Positions 35,693-45,419 of a DNA stretch of 64,000 nt are shown here, one piece after another; position 1 is the first letter of the stretch, and each line of letters opens with the position of its first letter. Where the stretch lies: positions 5,607 to 69,606 of IMG/VR virus record IMGVR_UViG_3300006752_004097. The stretch is one strand, 5' to 3'. The stretch is from a virus. The translations under genes were made by a program, and so were the position numbers. Below the pieces are notes generated by a model, which saw only the letters and a list, made by a program, of their open reading frames with translations, was not told the origin of the DNA and searched no databases.

Positions 35693-37237
35693 TTATGTGC
35701 CTTTCTTAAAGGTGTCTGGAGTATTGTCATAGTCAAAACTTTCAGGTATTGTTTGTGTATTCAGTCTATTTGTTCGTATCGGTTTGTACGCAAACGGATC
35801 AACATTTTCATGGTGTGGCCAAGGTTCGTGTTGTGGCAAACGCTTGTGCAACGATGTTAATGCAGTGTCTGTTGGTACTTTGAAAGGTCCTCCGGGAACA
35901 ACGTGTGTGGTAAACGGCGTAGCCGCGGTAGCGGTAGCGGCCTGCGGTCCATTCATATGGATTTCGGGTGCAGTTTCTGTATGGTTGCCTCCGCTGAGTA
36001 TATCAGTAGTTCCGCCTGCTGTAAGTTTGTTTGCTCCTGTTGTGTTTAGATCGTAATCTAACAATGTTGTAACTTGATTGTTTCCTGCAACATACGTTAC
36101 CATATCTGTATTTGTTTCAATCTGGATATCTTCTTTTGACAATACATTAAAGTTACGTCCTGCGTTTAGGTTAATGTCTCTATCCGCTGTTAGATTGAAA
36201 TCGTTTTCAGTGTGCATACTAATACTATCTTTTGAATACACATCAATTTTACCATTAGCAGTCATTTCTATCCAACTGTTACCACTGCCATGATCTATAC
36301 GTATTAGATCTTCTGTTTGGTGTAATAGTATTTGGTGTCCTGTACGTGTTCTAATACGCACAAGTTCGTTGTGTGGTACTGTGTAGTCTCCGCCCTTTTC
36401 ACCTTTTTCGTGATTGACAAATTCCTTTTTAGTTGTACCTGCGGGACCTTTACGTAAAATTTTGTCATCACCGTCATCCATTACAAAACTTGTTCCGCCA
36501 AGTCTATTAAAAGGAATTTGTGCTGACTGTCCTGCTGGACCGTATCCTGCTTTTGGTGCTCCAGGTCTCTTGTCATATGGTCCTGGTGTGTTTATACCAA
36601 ACACCATACTTGGTAATTCTCTTCTTGCACTACTTGTTGTTAAACCTCTTGTGCCATCTGCTTCAAGTCCTTGAGCAAATAATAAGTCCATCCATTGTTC
36701 ATTAATAGACTTTTTAAATTTTGTAGGATCGTTACCTTTGTTGTCTGCAAGATTCTTTTTATTAATTTCACCAACTACAACTTTGCTTGTTTTTGCTATT
36801 GCTGATTTTGCACCTTCGCCTACGGCTTTGCCTGAAAAGAAACTTGTTGCAACTTTGTCTGGTACATTAAGGTTAATGTAGTTGTCAGGTATACACCCAA
36901 TCCAGTAACCCATATTAGCCGCACCTTCAACAAACGTTACAAGTACTCTACTGCCAACGTCTGGTGGTGTCATCCACATACCATAAGCAGATTGTGTGTA
37001 TGCAAAACCTTGATTAGCACTAATACCGTTAACAGGTGTTTGTCCGTAAAATGGACTTGCATAACTTACTTTAAATGTTTGTCCGCCAGCGTCATCATTG
37101 TTTGCTACTTGACCTTTGAGCAGTTGTACTTCAAGAGATCCCATATAGTTAGGATCAAGATGTCCTACAACTCTTCCAATATACGGTCCTGCATCTAATT
37201 TGGCTTCTTGGCCGACTGTACGTGTTTCGTTAGACAT
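35693..37237 (-). CDS. Baseplate hub/central spike, gp5/VgrG-like, without a lysozyme domain
   Basis: N-terminal OB-fold pattern (DPNYMGSLEV, PPDVGSRVLVTF..G..YWIG), RTRTGHQI, and beta-helix repeats. Confidence 0.8.
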   Translation of the reverse strand: MSNETRTVGQEAKLDAGPYIGRVVGHLDPNYMGSLEVQLLKGQVANNDDAGGQTFKVSYASPFYGQTPVNGISANQGFAYTQSAYGMWMTPPDVGSRVLVTFVEGAANMGYWIGCIPDNYINLNVPDKVATSFFSGKAVGEGAKSAIAKTSKVVVGEINKKNLADNKGNDPTKFKKSINEQWMDLLFAQGLEADGTRGLTTSSARRELPSMVFGINTPGPYDKRPGAPKAGYGPAGQSAQIPFNRLGGTSFVMDDGDDKILRKGPAGTTKKEFVNHEKGEKGGDYTVPHNELVRIRTRTGHQILLHQTEDLIRIDHGSGNSWIEMTANGKIDVYSKDSISMHTENDFNLTADRDINLNAGRNFNVLSKEDIQIETNTDMVTYVAGNNQVTTLLDYDLNTTGANKLTAGGTTDILSGGNHTETAPEIHMNGPQAATATAATPFTTHVVPGGPFKVPTDTALTSLHKRLPQHEPWPHHENVDPFAYKPIRTNRLNTQTIPESFDYDNTPDTFKKGT

Positions 37238-39792
37238 TAGGTGAATATCCTCTCGTCTTCATTTGTTGTTCTGTTTGCGGCATCTTCAATAGTTCCATCT
37301 TCACGTTCAGTACCTTGTGCATCACCTGGTTTAAGTTCTTGTGTTCCTTTTTCACCACTGTCTGCTGTTGGTGTCTCAGACATCTGCGGTCTTTTCACAA
37401 GTTCAAGTGTTTGTTTAAACTGACCTGCTGTGAAAGAGTTCTTAACACTAATTACCATATATAATCCGCTAAAGAAATCAACTGGCACAGTATCATCTGG
37501 GAAACCCATAATACCGTTATCTCTATAATCAATTGGAGTTCTAAATAATACTTCAACATCTACTTCACCGTATTGATAATCTATACTTCCATCTGCATCA
37601 AGATTAATAAATTGTGTGTTCTCTGAGTTATAGTTTCCTATTCCGCTATCAGCAATATAATAAGGGTCGCCCATGATTTCCATATCGATTGTTAATAAGT
37701 CAACATCACTGTTTACAATCGCTTCGTTAAATCTACGAGCAATGTCAACACGCATATCATCAAGACTAACTGCACCTGCCGCCTTGGCATTGTTGTTACG
37801 AGTTTCTAATGCTTTACCATTAACTTGTGTGTCATTGTTAGGAGAAGTCATTGTAGTTTTCAAGAGTGGATCTTCACCTTCTTTAGAACCGTCTGCAAGA
37901 TTGTTCTTTGGAAGTACTCCTGGAGATACACTTTTAAAGAATGTATTATCAAGATTAATTTCAAGATCTAAAATATCTTCGTTTGCACCACTATAGATAT
38001 AATTGTAACGTTTACAACATTGCATTCTTAAAGCATTTAAACCTGCTGGTGTTTCGTCTGGAGCAATAAATTTACTTTCGTGGACCATATAAGGTAAAAC
38101 TCTAAACACATATATTCTTGGTGGCACACCTGTTTTCTTTTCTGTTTTTCTATCTGTAATATTAAAAACTTGTGTATCAATTTTAAACCAAGGACGCATA
38201 CCCTTTACTGCTGGTGCATCAATAATGTTTCTACCATAATCACTTAAAATTATACATTCTTCAATAATATCTTGAATACGTGTTCCTGCTAAAAACTTAA
38301 TTGTACCAAGTCCTGGATCTATTTGTAACTGTCCGCTTGATCTTACCCAAACTTGTTTTTCTTTGTCATATGTAAATGAAGCATCACCGAACGGTTGTTG
38401 AGTTGTACCAAGTGATTCAAGATTAAACATTTTTGACATTCCAATATTGTTAGAATGTTTTGCGCCTGTTTGTTTTTCTTTAATATCTTGACCAAGTTGT
38501 GTAGTTGAAACTAAACTTTTAACTTGTTCAGCCCAAGCCGAGAATTCATCTGGGGGTGGCCCGCCTTGTGCAATCTGGCTGTACAGTTCTTCCAGTTTGT
38601 CTACACTACTTTGTTTACGATCAGTTAAGATTGGTCCGACACTTATTTTTGATGCTTCTGACTCACTTGCAGAGCCATCTGTAGCACTGCTGTTTGTTCC
38701 GTAATAGTTACTGGAAAGTTTTCCTGCACTTGCACGGTCTTTAGGAAATACAACAAAGTATTGATTGGCTGTAAATATTTTGCCATCTTTTGCTTTTTTT
38801 GCTTCGTGAGCATTTAGTTCTTGTGCTAAACTTTTTAGGTTACTCTGTAACATTTGTTCTAAGTTTCTACCTGTCAGTGTAACGTCAACTGGAATACGCT
38901 GTGTATGATCTACTAATGCCGCTTCGTTATATGCAACACCTTCGACTACATAAGCACTGCCGCCTTCAGTTACACTTAAATCACTACCAACAAGTTTAAA
39001 TGGAAGATTCTTTGATGCTTCTGGAACTGTGTAAACTTTTCCATTATCATCGTATCCGACAAAATCAATAGTAAGTAAAAATGGAGATTCTAAGTAGTTT
39101 TCGTGTCCTGCTTGATATGACGCAAGTTGTAGAGTTTGCAAAAACAATCCCATACTATAAGGTTCTTGAATTTCTAATCTAAATCCAACTGCGTTAGTTG
39201 AACCTTTCTTACGTGTAGGAGCAATAATAGTTTCAATTTCTAAACCATTAATAAAGTATTCTACTTTTTTACCTATTGATTCATAGGCTGTTAGAACTTT
39301 CTTTTCTCCAAGTCCGCCACCACTTTGTAGAATAGCATACTTTGGTTTTTTAACTTTATAAGATTCGTCTGGATTATTAAGTTCTTCGTTAGTTAATGCA
39401 TATAATCCTATTTTGTAATTAAAACTTGAGTAGTTTCTTAAACTGTTTGGTAACGGTAATGATATAACTCTTCCGTCAGCAGTACGTGATTCGTATTTGT
39501 CTGCTTCAGCAAACTGATGTGGAGACCCTGACTCGTCGGTCTTCATCTTGTCCATGTTTGCTTGGTCTCTGGCTTGTTTGTCTTTTACAGTGTCAACCTT
39601 TGAAGCGTCAGTGTCAATTACTGTAGCATCTTTTGTTTTAGACATGTCGTCTACCATGAACACTTGTGGTCCGTCTGTAACTACTGTGTTTGCTGGTGCA
39701 TTAACATCATTGGATTCGAAACCGTCACCGATATCATCAGGCTCGCCTGTTGTACCAAATCTTTCTAATGTTGTTAATTTCTTCTGTGCCAT
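37237..39792 (-). CDS. Putative baseplate hub protein (gp27-like position)
   Basis: Lies between gp53 and gp5. The C-terminal EIMGDP...SGLYMVISVKNSF..GQFKQTLEL motif is typical of hub proteins. Confidence 0.55.
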   Translation of the reverse strand: MAQKKLTTLERFGTTGEPDDIGDGFESNDVNAPANTVVTDGPQVFMVDDMSKTKDATVIDTDASKVDTVKDKQARDQANMDKMKTDESGSPHQFAEADKYESRTADGRVISLPLPNSLRNYSSFNYKIGLYALTNEELNNPDESYKVKKPKYAILQSGGGLGEKKVLTAYESIGKKVEYFINGLEIETIIAPTRKKGSTNAVGFRLEIQEPYSMGLFLQTLQLASYQAGHENYLESPFLLTIDFVGYDDNGKVYTVPEASKNLPFKLVGSDLSVTEGGSAYVVEGVAYNEAALVDHTQRIPVDVTLTGRNLEQMLQSNLKSLAQELNAHEAKKAKDGKIFTANQYFVVFPKDRASAGKLSSNYYGTNSSATDGSASESEASKISVGPILTDRKQSSVDKLEELYSQIAQGGPPPDEFSAWAEQVKSLVSTTQLGQDIKEKQTGAKHSNNIGMSKMFNLESLGTTQQPFGDASFTYDKEKQVWVRSSGQLQIDPGLGTIKFLAGTRIQDIIEECIILSDYGRNIIDAPAVKGMRPWFKIDTQVFNITDRKTEKKTGVPPRIYVFRVLPYMVHESKFIAPDETPAGLNALRMQCCKRYNYIYSGANEDILDLEINLDNTFFKSVSPGVLPKNNLADGSKEGEDPLLKTTMTSPNNDTQVNGKALETRNNNAKAAGAVSLDDMRVDIARRFNEAIVNSDVDLLTIDMEIMGDPYYIADSGIGNYNSENTQFINLDADGSIDYQYGEVDVEVLFRTPIDYRDNGIMGFPDDTVPVDFFSGLYMVISVKNSFTAGQFKQTLELVKRPQMSETPTADSGEKGTQELKPGDAQGTEREDGTIEDAANRTTNEDERIFT

Positions 39793-39795
39793 GGA

Positions 39796-40089
39796 TTAGA
39801 TCCCCAGCAACGTTCGTAATCTACTACCCTTTGGAACACGTATCTCAGTACCAACTCTAAAATCAAATATAGGATCTTTTAGGATATCCATGTTACGCTG
39901 TGAGTACACCCACCACAACTTCGGATTGCCATACATGTCGTATGCAAGTAAGTCGGGTCGTTGATGATACTGTGCTTCTATCTCGTAAACTACATCATCA
40001 TTGTCTGCGGGAACTGGTCTAATATTTAGAATATCTAAATAGTTCCCTCTTCTATTAATTTTTGTTTTAGCCCACGGTGAACTTGACAT
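39796..40089 (-). CDS. Baseplate wedge protein, gp53-like (LysM-like)
   Basis: RPDLLAYDMYGNPKLWWV..N..DPIFDF..G..IRVP. Confidence 0.8.
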   Translation of the reverse strand: MSSSPWAKTKINRRGNYLDILNIRPVPADNDDVVYEIEAQYHQRPDLLAYDMYGNPKLWWVYSQRNMDILKDPIFDFRVGTEIRVPKGSRLRTLLGI

Positions 40090-40943
40090 TAAATAAATCC
40101 TTTATTATTTGATCCAAGATAACCACCTTTTGCAAATTTGTCTAAACTAAATTTCTCAACAAGTGCTCTTGAGTATATTGGTTGAATTGTTACAGTCATT
40201 TGACTTTCTGTTGGGACATACGATTTGTCACCTTCTGTGTTTGTAATTTGTCCAGAATTAATAATTTCATCCAGAGAATTCCAATCTCCTAAATCTGTCA
40301 TGTCGACTGCAATGTAATCAACATCAGTAGGCATATCAAGTGTAAAGTTTGTTACAATACAAGGAACATCTTTAAACACAAAATCTCCGTAGCCATTTAA
40401 TTTTACTACTGGAGGTGGAGCACCTTGATTAGATCCTGCGCCATAAAACATTTTTGTAATTGATCTTAGATAATGTAATGCACCTATCCAATATTGTCCT
40501 TCTAAATCGTTCTGACAATAAAACTGCCCTGTAAGTGTCATAGCGTCCACTTGTGAGTTCTGGTACGCAAAGAACGGATAATTACTATGTACAGGGGTTA
40601 CTGCACTGTACGAAGCGGCGTGACTCATAATAATTGTCGGAGTATATGGAAACGCAAGTCCGCCTGTTGCTACTAACGGTGCTAAAATGTTACTATCTTG
40701 AAAGGAATCGATGTTAGGAATACTTAATTTAACACGCCAATCTTTACCATTAGGGTCCGACGCCCATTTTGCTGAAGTAACTTGTAATTCATCTGGTTCT
40801 CCGTCTTTAGGTATTAAACGCGAACGTATACCTTTCATAAAGCCATCTGCGCCATCAGAGATTGCCTGCACACTATCACGTGCTAATTTCGAAATCTTGT
40901 CAACGGTAATACCGTCTTTTTTATTATCTACTGGGTCTGCCAT
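40089..40943 (-). CDS. Baseplate tail-tube initiator-like protein (gp48/gp54 class)
   Basis: FPYTPTI and PPPVVKLNGYG..FKDVPCIVTNF, plus synteny. Confidence 0.55.
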   Translation of the reverse strand: MADPVDNKKDGITVDKISKLARDSVQAISDGADGFMKGIRSRLIPKDGEPDELQVTSAKWASDPNGKDWRVKLSIPNIDSFQDSNILAPLVATGGLAFPYTPTIIMSHAASYSAVTPVHSNYPFFAYQNSQVDAMTLTGQFYCQNDLEGQYWIGALHYLRSITKMFYGAGSNQGAPPPVVKLNGYGDFVFKDVPCIVTNFTLDMPTDVDYIAVDMTDLGDWNSLDEIINSGQITNTEGDKSYVPTESQMTVTIQPIYSRALVEKFSLDKFAKGGYLGSNNKGFI

Positions 40944-40969
40944 TTTATTTTGGTGTCCTAACTATAAAG

Positions 40970-40976
40970 TATTTAT
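40970..40976 (-). promoter_or_regulatory. Late promoter ATAAATA for the baseplate operon
   Basis: TATTTAT on the + strand, upstream of ATG 40943. The same motif occurs at 12002, 16794, 35202, 35690 and 50784. Confidence 0.65.
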
Positions 40977-41004
40977 TGACTTTTTAATAAGAGTAGTTTA
41001 TAAT
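40976..41004 (+). promoter_or_regulatory. Sigma70-type promoter for gp55
   Basis: TTGACT-N17-TATAAT. Confidence 0.8.
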
Positions 41005-41027
41005 AAGAGTTCAAATAGGAGAATATC

Positions 41028-41924
41028 TTGAAAAAAGTAAATTATTTAAACAATAAGGACTTATTAAAAGAAATACACAAGTCCAAAACAACGTATTGTA
41101 GTTATGTTGACCAGAGTTATGCTGACTTTGATATTATACTGCCAAGTATAGATAAAATTAATGTTCGGACTATTGCTGAAGCAAAACGTAACAAAGCCAA
41201 GAAATTAGGAACCGCAGATTACGAAGCACGTAAACTTGCTGGTGAAAAAGTAAAACAAGCAGAATGTGCCATTGATTACAGAAAAATGGAGAAGAACGAA
41301 TTAATTTTTAGAATTATGACCTTTGATCATATTCCAGAAGAAAAAGGACGTAAAAAGAATCCAAAGACTGTAGCAGATACAAGAGTTAAGTTAAACTTTC
41401 CTCCATTCCAACATTTTAAGTTTGATGAAGAAACACAAGAATTATTGTGTGTTGGTAAAAGTCATTGGGAAGGTGGTATGGAAAACGGTGCGTTTAGTTT
41501 GAAGCATGGTAAGACTACTGAAAAACTTGCTCGTATGTGGATGAAGTTATGTGATAGATACGCAACAAGAGGTAATGTACGTGGATACACTTACAATGAC
41601 GAAATGCGTGGACAAGCAATTTTACAATTAACACAAATAGGATTACAGTTTGACGAATCTAAGTCTGCTAATCCATTTGCATATTATACTGCGGCAGTAA
41701 CTAATTCATTTGTTAGAGTTATTAATATTGAAAAACGTAATCAAAACATTAGAGATGATATTTTAGAGATGAACGACATGACTCCATCATTTACAAGACA
41801 GCAACAAGGTGAATGGGAAAGACAAGTCGAAGACCAAAGAAAAGCAATGGCGAAGCAAGAAGCACAAAAAATTACTAAGAAACCATTTGTTCCGCCTACT
41901 ATCAAAGCCAAGGTGCCGAGATAG
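41028..41924 (+). CDS. Late-transcription sigma factor, T4 gp55-like
   Basis: NYLNNKDLL, GYTYNDEM, FDESKSANPFAYYT..NSF.R.INIEKR. TTG start with an AGGAG SD. Located before gp47 and gp46. Confidence 0.85.
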   Translation: MKKVNYLNNKDLLKEIHKSKTTYCSYVDQSYADFDIILPSIDKINVRTIAEAKRNKAKKLGTADYEARKLAGEKVKQAECAIDYRKMEKNELIFRIMTFDHIPEEKGRKKNPKTVADTRVKLNFPPFQHFKFDEETQELLCVGKSHWEGGMENGAFSLKHGKTTEKLARMWMKLCDRYATRGNVRGYTYNDEMRGQAILQLTQIGLQFDESKSANPFAYYTAAVTNSFVRVINIEKRNQNIRDDILEMNDMTPSFTRQQQGEWERQVEDQRKAMAKQEAQKITKKPFVPPTIKAKVPR

Positions 41925-41934
41925 CCAAATACGG

Positions 41935-41963
41935 TTGACTTTCATCAACAAATGCAGTACAAT
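41935..41963 (+). promoter_or_regulatory. Sigma70-type promoter for gp47/gp46
   Basis: TTGACT-N17-TACAAT. Confidence 0.75.
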
Positions 41964-41994
41964 ATAAAGAGTATAGTAATTAGAAGGAAATATT

Positions 41995-42999
41995 TTGTTT
42001 AAAAAATGTGCAGTATTCACAGATATTCACTTTGGACTCAAGTCCAATTCAGTGGCTCATAATCAAGACTGTGAAGCGTTCGTAGATTGGTATATTGAAA
42101 AGGCAAAAGCCGAAGGTTGTGAAACAGGCATCTTTATGGGTGACTGGCATCATAATAGAAATAGTCTAAACATTGTTACAATGGATTATTCAATCCGATG
42201 TCTTGAAAAACTTGGTAAAGCATTTGAACAGTTTTTTTACTTTCCTGGTAACCATGACTTATATTATAAAGATAAAAGAGATATTCAGAGTGTTGAGTTT
42301 GCAAAGCACATTGACGGCGTAACTGTAATTGATGAAATTACAACAATAGGCGATAGTACTATGGTGCCGTGGCTTGTTGGTGAAGAATGGAAGAAGATTC
42401 CTAAGATTAAAACAAAATATATGTTTGGTCATTTTGAACTTCCTAATTTTTATATGAACGCAATGGTACAGATGCCTGACACAGGTGAATTACAATCTAA
42501 ACATTTTGTACATCAAGATTATGTTTTTAGTGGACACTTTCATAAACGTCAAACACAAGGAAATGTAACATACATTGGTAATGCGTTTCCACACAACTAT
42601 GCAGATGCATGGGATGATAAACGTGGTATGATGATATTAGAACATGGCGGAGAACCACAATATGTTGATTGGACAGATTGTCCTAAGTATAGAACTGTAA
42701 AACTAAGTCAACTAATTGATGAAAAAGATTCATTACTAAAAAGTAAAATGTATCTAAGAGTTACACTTGATATTAACATTAGTTACGAAGAAGCAAGTTT
42801 TATCAAAGAAGAATTTATGAGGAACTACAGTTGTAGAGAACTTACATTAATTCCAAGTCAGCAAGATGACGAAATAAACAGCGACATTGACATTACAAAA
42901 TTTGAAAGTGTAGATCAAATTGTTGCAGAAGAAATTAATGCTATTGATTCAGAAAACTACAATAAGCAAACACTACTAAACATTTACAACGAGTTATAG
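41995..42999 (+). CDS. Recombination nuclease gp47 (Mre11/SbcD-like)
   Basis: DIHFG, GDWHH, GNHD, GHFE and SGHFH metallophosphoesterase motifs. Confidence 0.92.
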   Translation: MFKKCAVFTDIHFGLKSNSVAHNQDCEAFVDWYIEKAKAEGCETGIFMGDWHHNRNSLNIVTMDYSIRCLEKLGKAFEQFFYFPGNHDLYYKDKRDIQSVEFAKHIDGVTVIDEITTIGDSTMVPWLVGEEWKKIPKIKTKYMFGHFELPNFYMNAMVQMPDTGELQSKHFVHQDYVFSGHFHKRQTQGNVTYIGNAFPHNYADAWDDKRGMMILEHGGEPQYVDWTDCPKYRTVKLSQLIDEKDSLLKSKMYLRVTLDINISYEEASFIKEEFMRNYSCRELTLIPSQQDDEINSDIDITKFESVDQIVAEEINAIDSENYNKQTLLNIYNEL

Positions 43000-43000
43000 A

Positions 43001-44773
43001 ATGATATTAATTAAAGACCTAACAGTAAAGAACTTTATGAGTGTGGGTAACCAGACTCAAGCAGTTAACTTTAATAATAAGCAATTAACCTTAGTCCTTG
43101 GAGAAAACTTAGATCAAGGTGGTGACGACAGTGGGTCACGTAACGGTACAGGTAAGACCACAATCATTAATGCATTATCTTACGCATTGTATGGTGTGGC
43201 ACTAACTAACATTAAACGCAATAACCTTATCAATAAAACAAACGGTAAAGGTATGCTTGTTACTCTTAACTTTGAAAAGGCAGGAGTAAATTATCGCATT
43301 GAAAGAGGACGTGGTCCTAACTTATTAAAGTTTTTCATTGACGATACAGAACAAGACATTGAAGATATGAGTCAAGGAGATAGTCGTAAGACTCAAGCAG
43401 ACATTGGCGAACTACTACAAATGAGTCATACAATGTTTAAGCACTTGGTTGCATTAAACACATATACTGAACCGTTCTTAAGTCTAAAAGCAAACGATCA
43501 ACGTGAAATCATTGAACAGTTACTTGGTATTACTATACTTTCTGAGAAAGCAGAAGAATTAAAAGTAAAACAAAAAGAAATTCGTGACGCTATTACAGAA
43601 GAAACTGCACGTATTAATGCTATACAAACAAGTAATGATAAGATAGGCGAAACTATTAACAGTTTGCAAATTAAAAGTACTGCTTGGAAAACGCAAAATG
43701 CAAAAGACTGTGAACGCTTACAAACAGGCATTGATGAATTAGAACACTTGGACATTGAACAAGAACTTTCTAATCATGAATTACTTTCTAAGTGGGAAGA
43801 AACTGATGCTTCAAGAAGAAACTTAACTAAAGAAAAAGCAACACTTGAAAGTGCATTATCACAAACAGATAAACAGGTTGCAAAAGCAAGTGGAGAACTT
43901 GAACACATTGATGAAGCAAAATGTCATGCTTGTGGACAAGACTTGCCAGAAGAAAAGATTGACGAAATACAAAAGAAATTAGAAGAAGAATATGCTGACA
44001 CAATGTCCTACTTAATGGAGATTGATACAAAGTTTCAAAAGGTACAGGCTAAACTTGCTGACTTAGGCGAAGAACAAACAAAGCCAAATACATTTTATGA
44101 AACTGCAAAAGAAGCATATGAACACAGAAGTAATGTTGATAATTTAAAATCAGCACTTGGTGCAAAAGAAACAGAAACAGATCCTTACGTTGATCAAATT
44201 GACGAACTAAACAATAGTGCTATTCAAGAAGTTGATTGGAATTCAGTTAACGATCTAAATTCAATGAAAGAACATCAAGACTTCTTGTACAAACTATTAA
44301 CAAATAAAGATAGTTTTATTCGTAAAAAGATTATTGAACAAAACCTTGCATATCTAAACAACAGATTAACAAATTACTTAGACAAGATAGGATTACCGCA
44401 CAGTGTTGTATTCCAAAACGACTTAACAGTATTAATTACACAACTTGGTCAAGACTTAGACTTTGACAACTTGAGTAGAGGTGAGCGTAATAGACTTATA
44501 CTTGGTATGAGTTTTGCATTCCGTGATGTATGGGAAAGTTTATATCAGAATATTAATTTAATGTTCATTGATGAGTTGATTGACAGTGGAATGGATACAG
44601 CAGGTGTTGAACAAAGTCTTGCAATCCTTAAGAAGATGGGTAGAGAACGCAAAAAGAATATCTATCTAATATCACACAAAGACGAATTACAAGGTCGTGT
44701 GCAGAATGTACTTAAGGTTGTAAAAGAGAATGGCTTTACATCATACGCAAACGATATTGATATAGTACAATGA
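43001..44773 (+). CDS. Recombination ATPase gp46 (Rad50/SbcC-like)
   Basis: Walker A NGTGKTT, zinc hook CHAC, signature LSRGE, Walker B FIDE and ISH. Confidence 0.93.
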   Translation: MILIKDLTVKNFMSVGNQTQAVNFNNKQLTLVLGENLDQGGDDSGSRNGTGKTTIINALSYALYGVALTNIKRNNLINKTNGKGMLVTLNFEKAGVNYRIERGRGPNLLKFFIDDTEQDIEDMSQGDSRKTQADIGELLQMSHTMFKHLVALNTYTEPFLSLKANDQREIIEQLLGITILSEKAEELKVKQKEIRDAITEETARINAIQTSNDKIGETINSLQIKSTAWKTQNAKDCERLQTGIDELEHLDIEQELSNHELLSKWEETDASRRNLTKEKATLESALSQTDKQVAKASGELEHIDEAKCHACGQDLPEEKIDEIQKKLEEEYADTMSYLMEIDTKFQKVQAKLADLGEEQTKPNTFYETAKEAYEHRSNVDNLKSALGAKETETDPYVDQIDELNNSAIQEVDWNSVNDLNSMKEHQDFLYKLLTNKDSFIRKKIIEQNLAYLNNRLTNYLDKIGLPHSVVFQNDLTVLITQLGQDLDFDNLSRGERNRLILGMSFAFRDVWESLYQNINLMFIDELIDSGMDTAGVEQSLAILKKMGRERKKNIYLISHKDELQGRVQNVLKVVKENGFTSYANDIDIVQ

Positions 44774-44979
44774 GCATTGAAGACGACACACATGATAAGT
44801 TAACCAAGGCATACTTGGAATATTACAAAGAACTTGCACTATACCAGAAGCATGGTGGAGAACGTACCATGCAATCAAGCCGAAAATGGCTCAGAGAGAT
44901 ACGCACACTGGCTAAAATACGTATGGACGAGATTAAATCCGACTTTGATGCCAAGAAAGAGGCGAGGAAAAGATCGTAA
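44770..44979 (+). CDS. Small basic helical protein
   Basis: 69 aa, coupled to gp46 by ATGA overlap. SRKWLREIRTLAK loosely resembles Hc1-like DNA-binding proteins. Confidence 0.55.
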   Translation: MSIEDDTHDKLTKAYLEYYKELALYQKHGGERTMQSSRKWLREIRTLAKIRMDEIKSDFDAKKEARKRS

Positions 44980-44993
44980 CAGTAAGTAAGTTC

Positions 44994-45416
44994 ATGCAGT
45001 GGACTTATAAAAACAAAAAAGTTAAAGAAATCCCAGAAGGCGTAGAGGGGTTTGTGTACATAATCACAAATACCACTAACAACAAAAAATACATAGGCAA
45101 GAAGTTAGCAAAATTTAAGACCACTAAACCACCACTTAAAGGCCGTAAGAACAAACGCAGAGGTTACAAAGAGTCAGATTGGCGTGACTACTGGGGAAGT
45201 TCAGACAAACTCAACGAAGACGTACAAGCATTAGGCACTGATAAATTCACAAGAGAGATACTTTACTATTGTAACAGTAGAGGCTTGATGAGTTACCTTG
45301 AGGCAAGAGAACAATTTGAACGCCGTGTGTTAGAGAGCGACGATTATTACAACGGTATTATTAATGTTAGAGTTGGCGGTTCAAAAATTCTCCGAGAAGC
45401 ACTAAACAAACTATAG
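44994..45416 (+). CDS. Stand-alone GIY-YIG family endonuclease
   Basis: GFVYIITNTTNNKKYIGKK, YWGSS, FTREIL, E(AREQ) and YYN. Preceded by GTAAGTA (44982-44988) 5 nt before the ATG. Confidence 0.8.
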   Translation: MQWTYKNKKVKEIPEGVEGFVYIITNTTNNKKYIGKKLAKFKTTKPPLKGRKNKRRGYKESDWRDYWGSSDKLNEDVQALGTDKFTREILYYCNSRGLMSYLEAREQFERRVLESDDYYNGIINVRVGGSKILREALNKL

Positions 45417-45419
45417 GCT

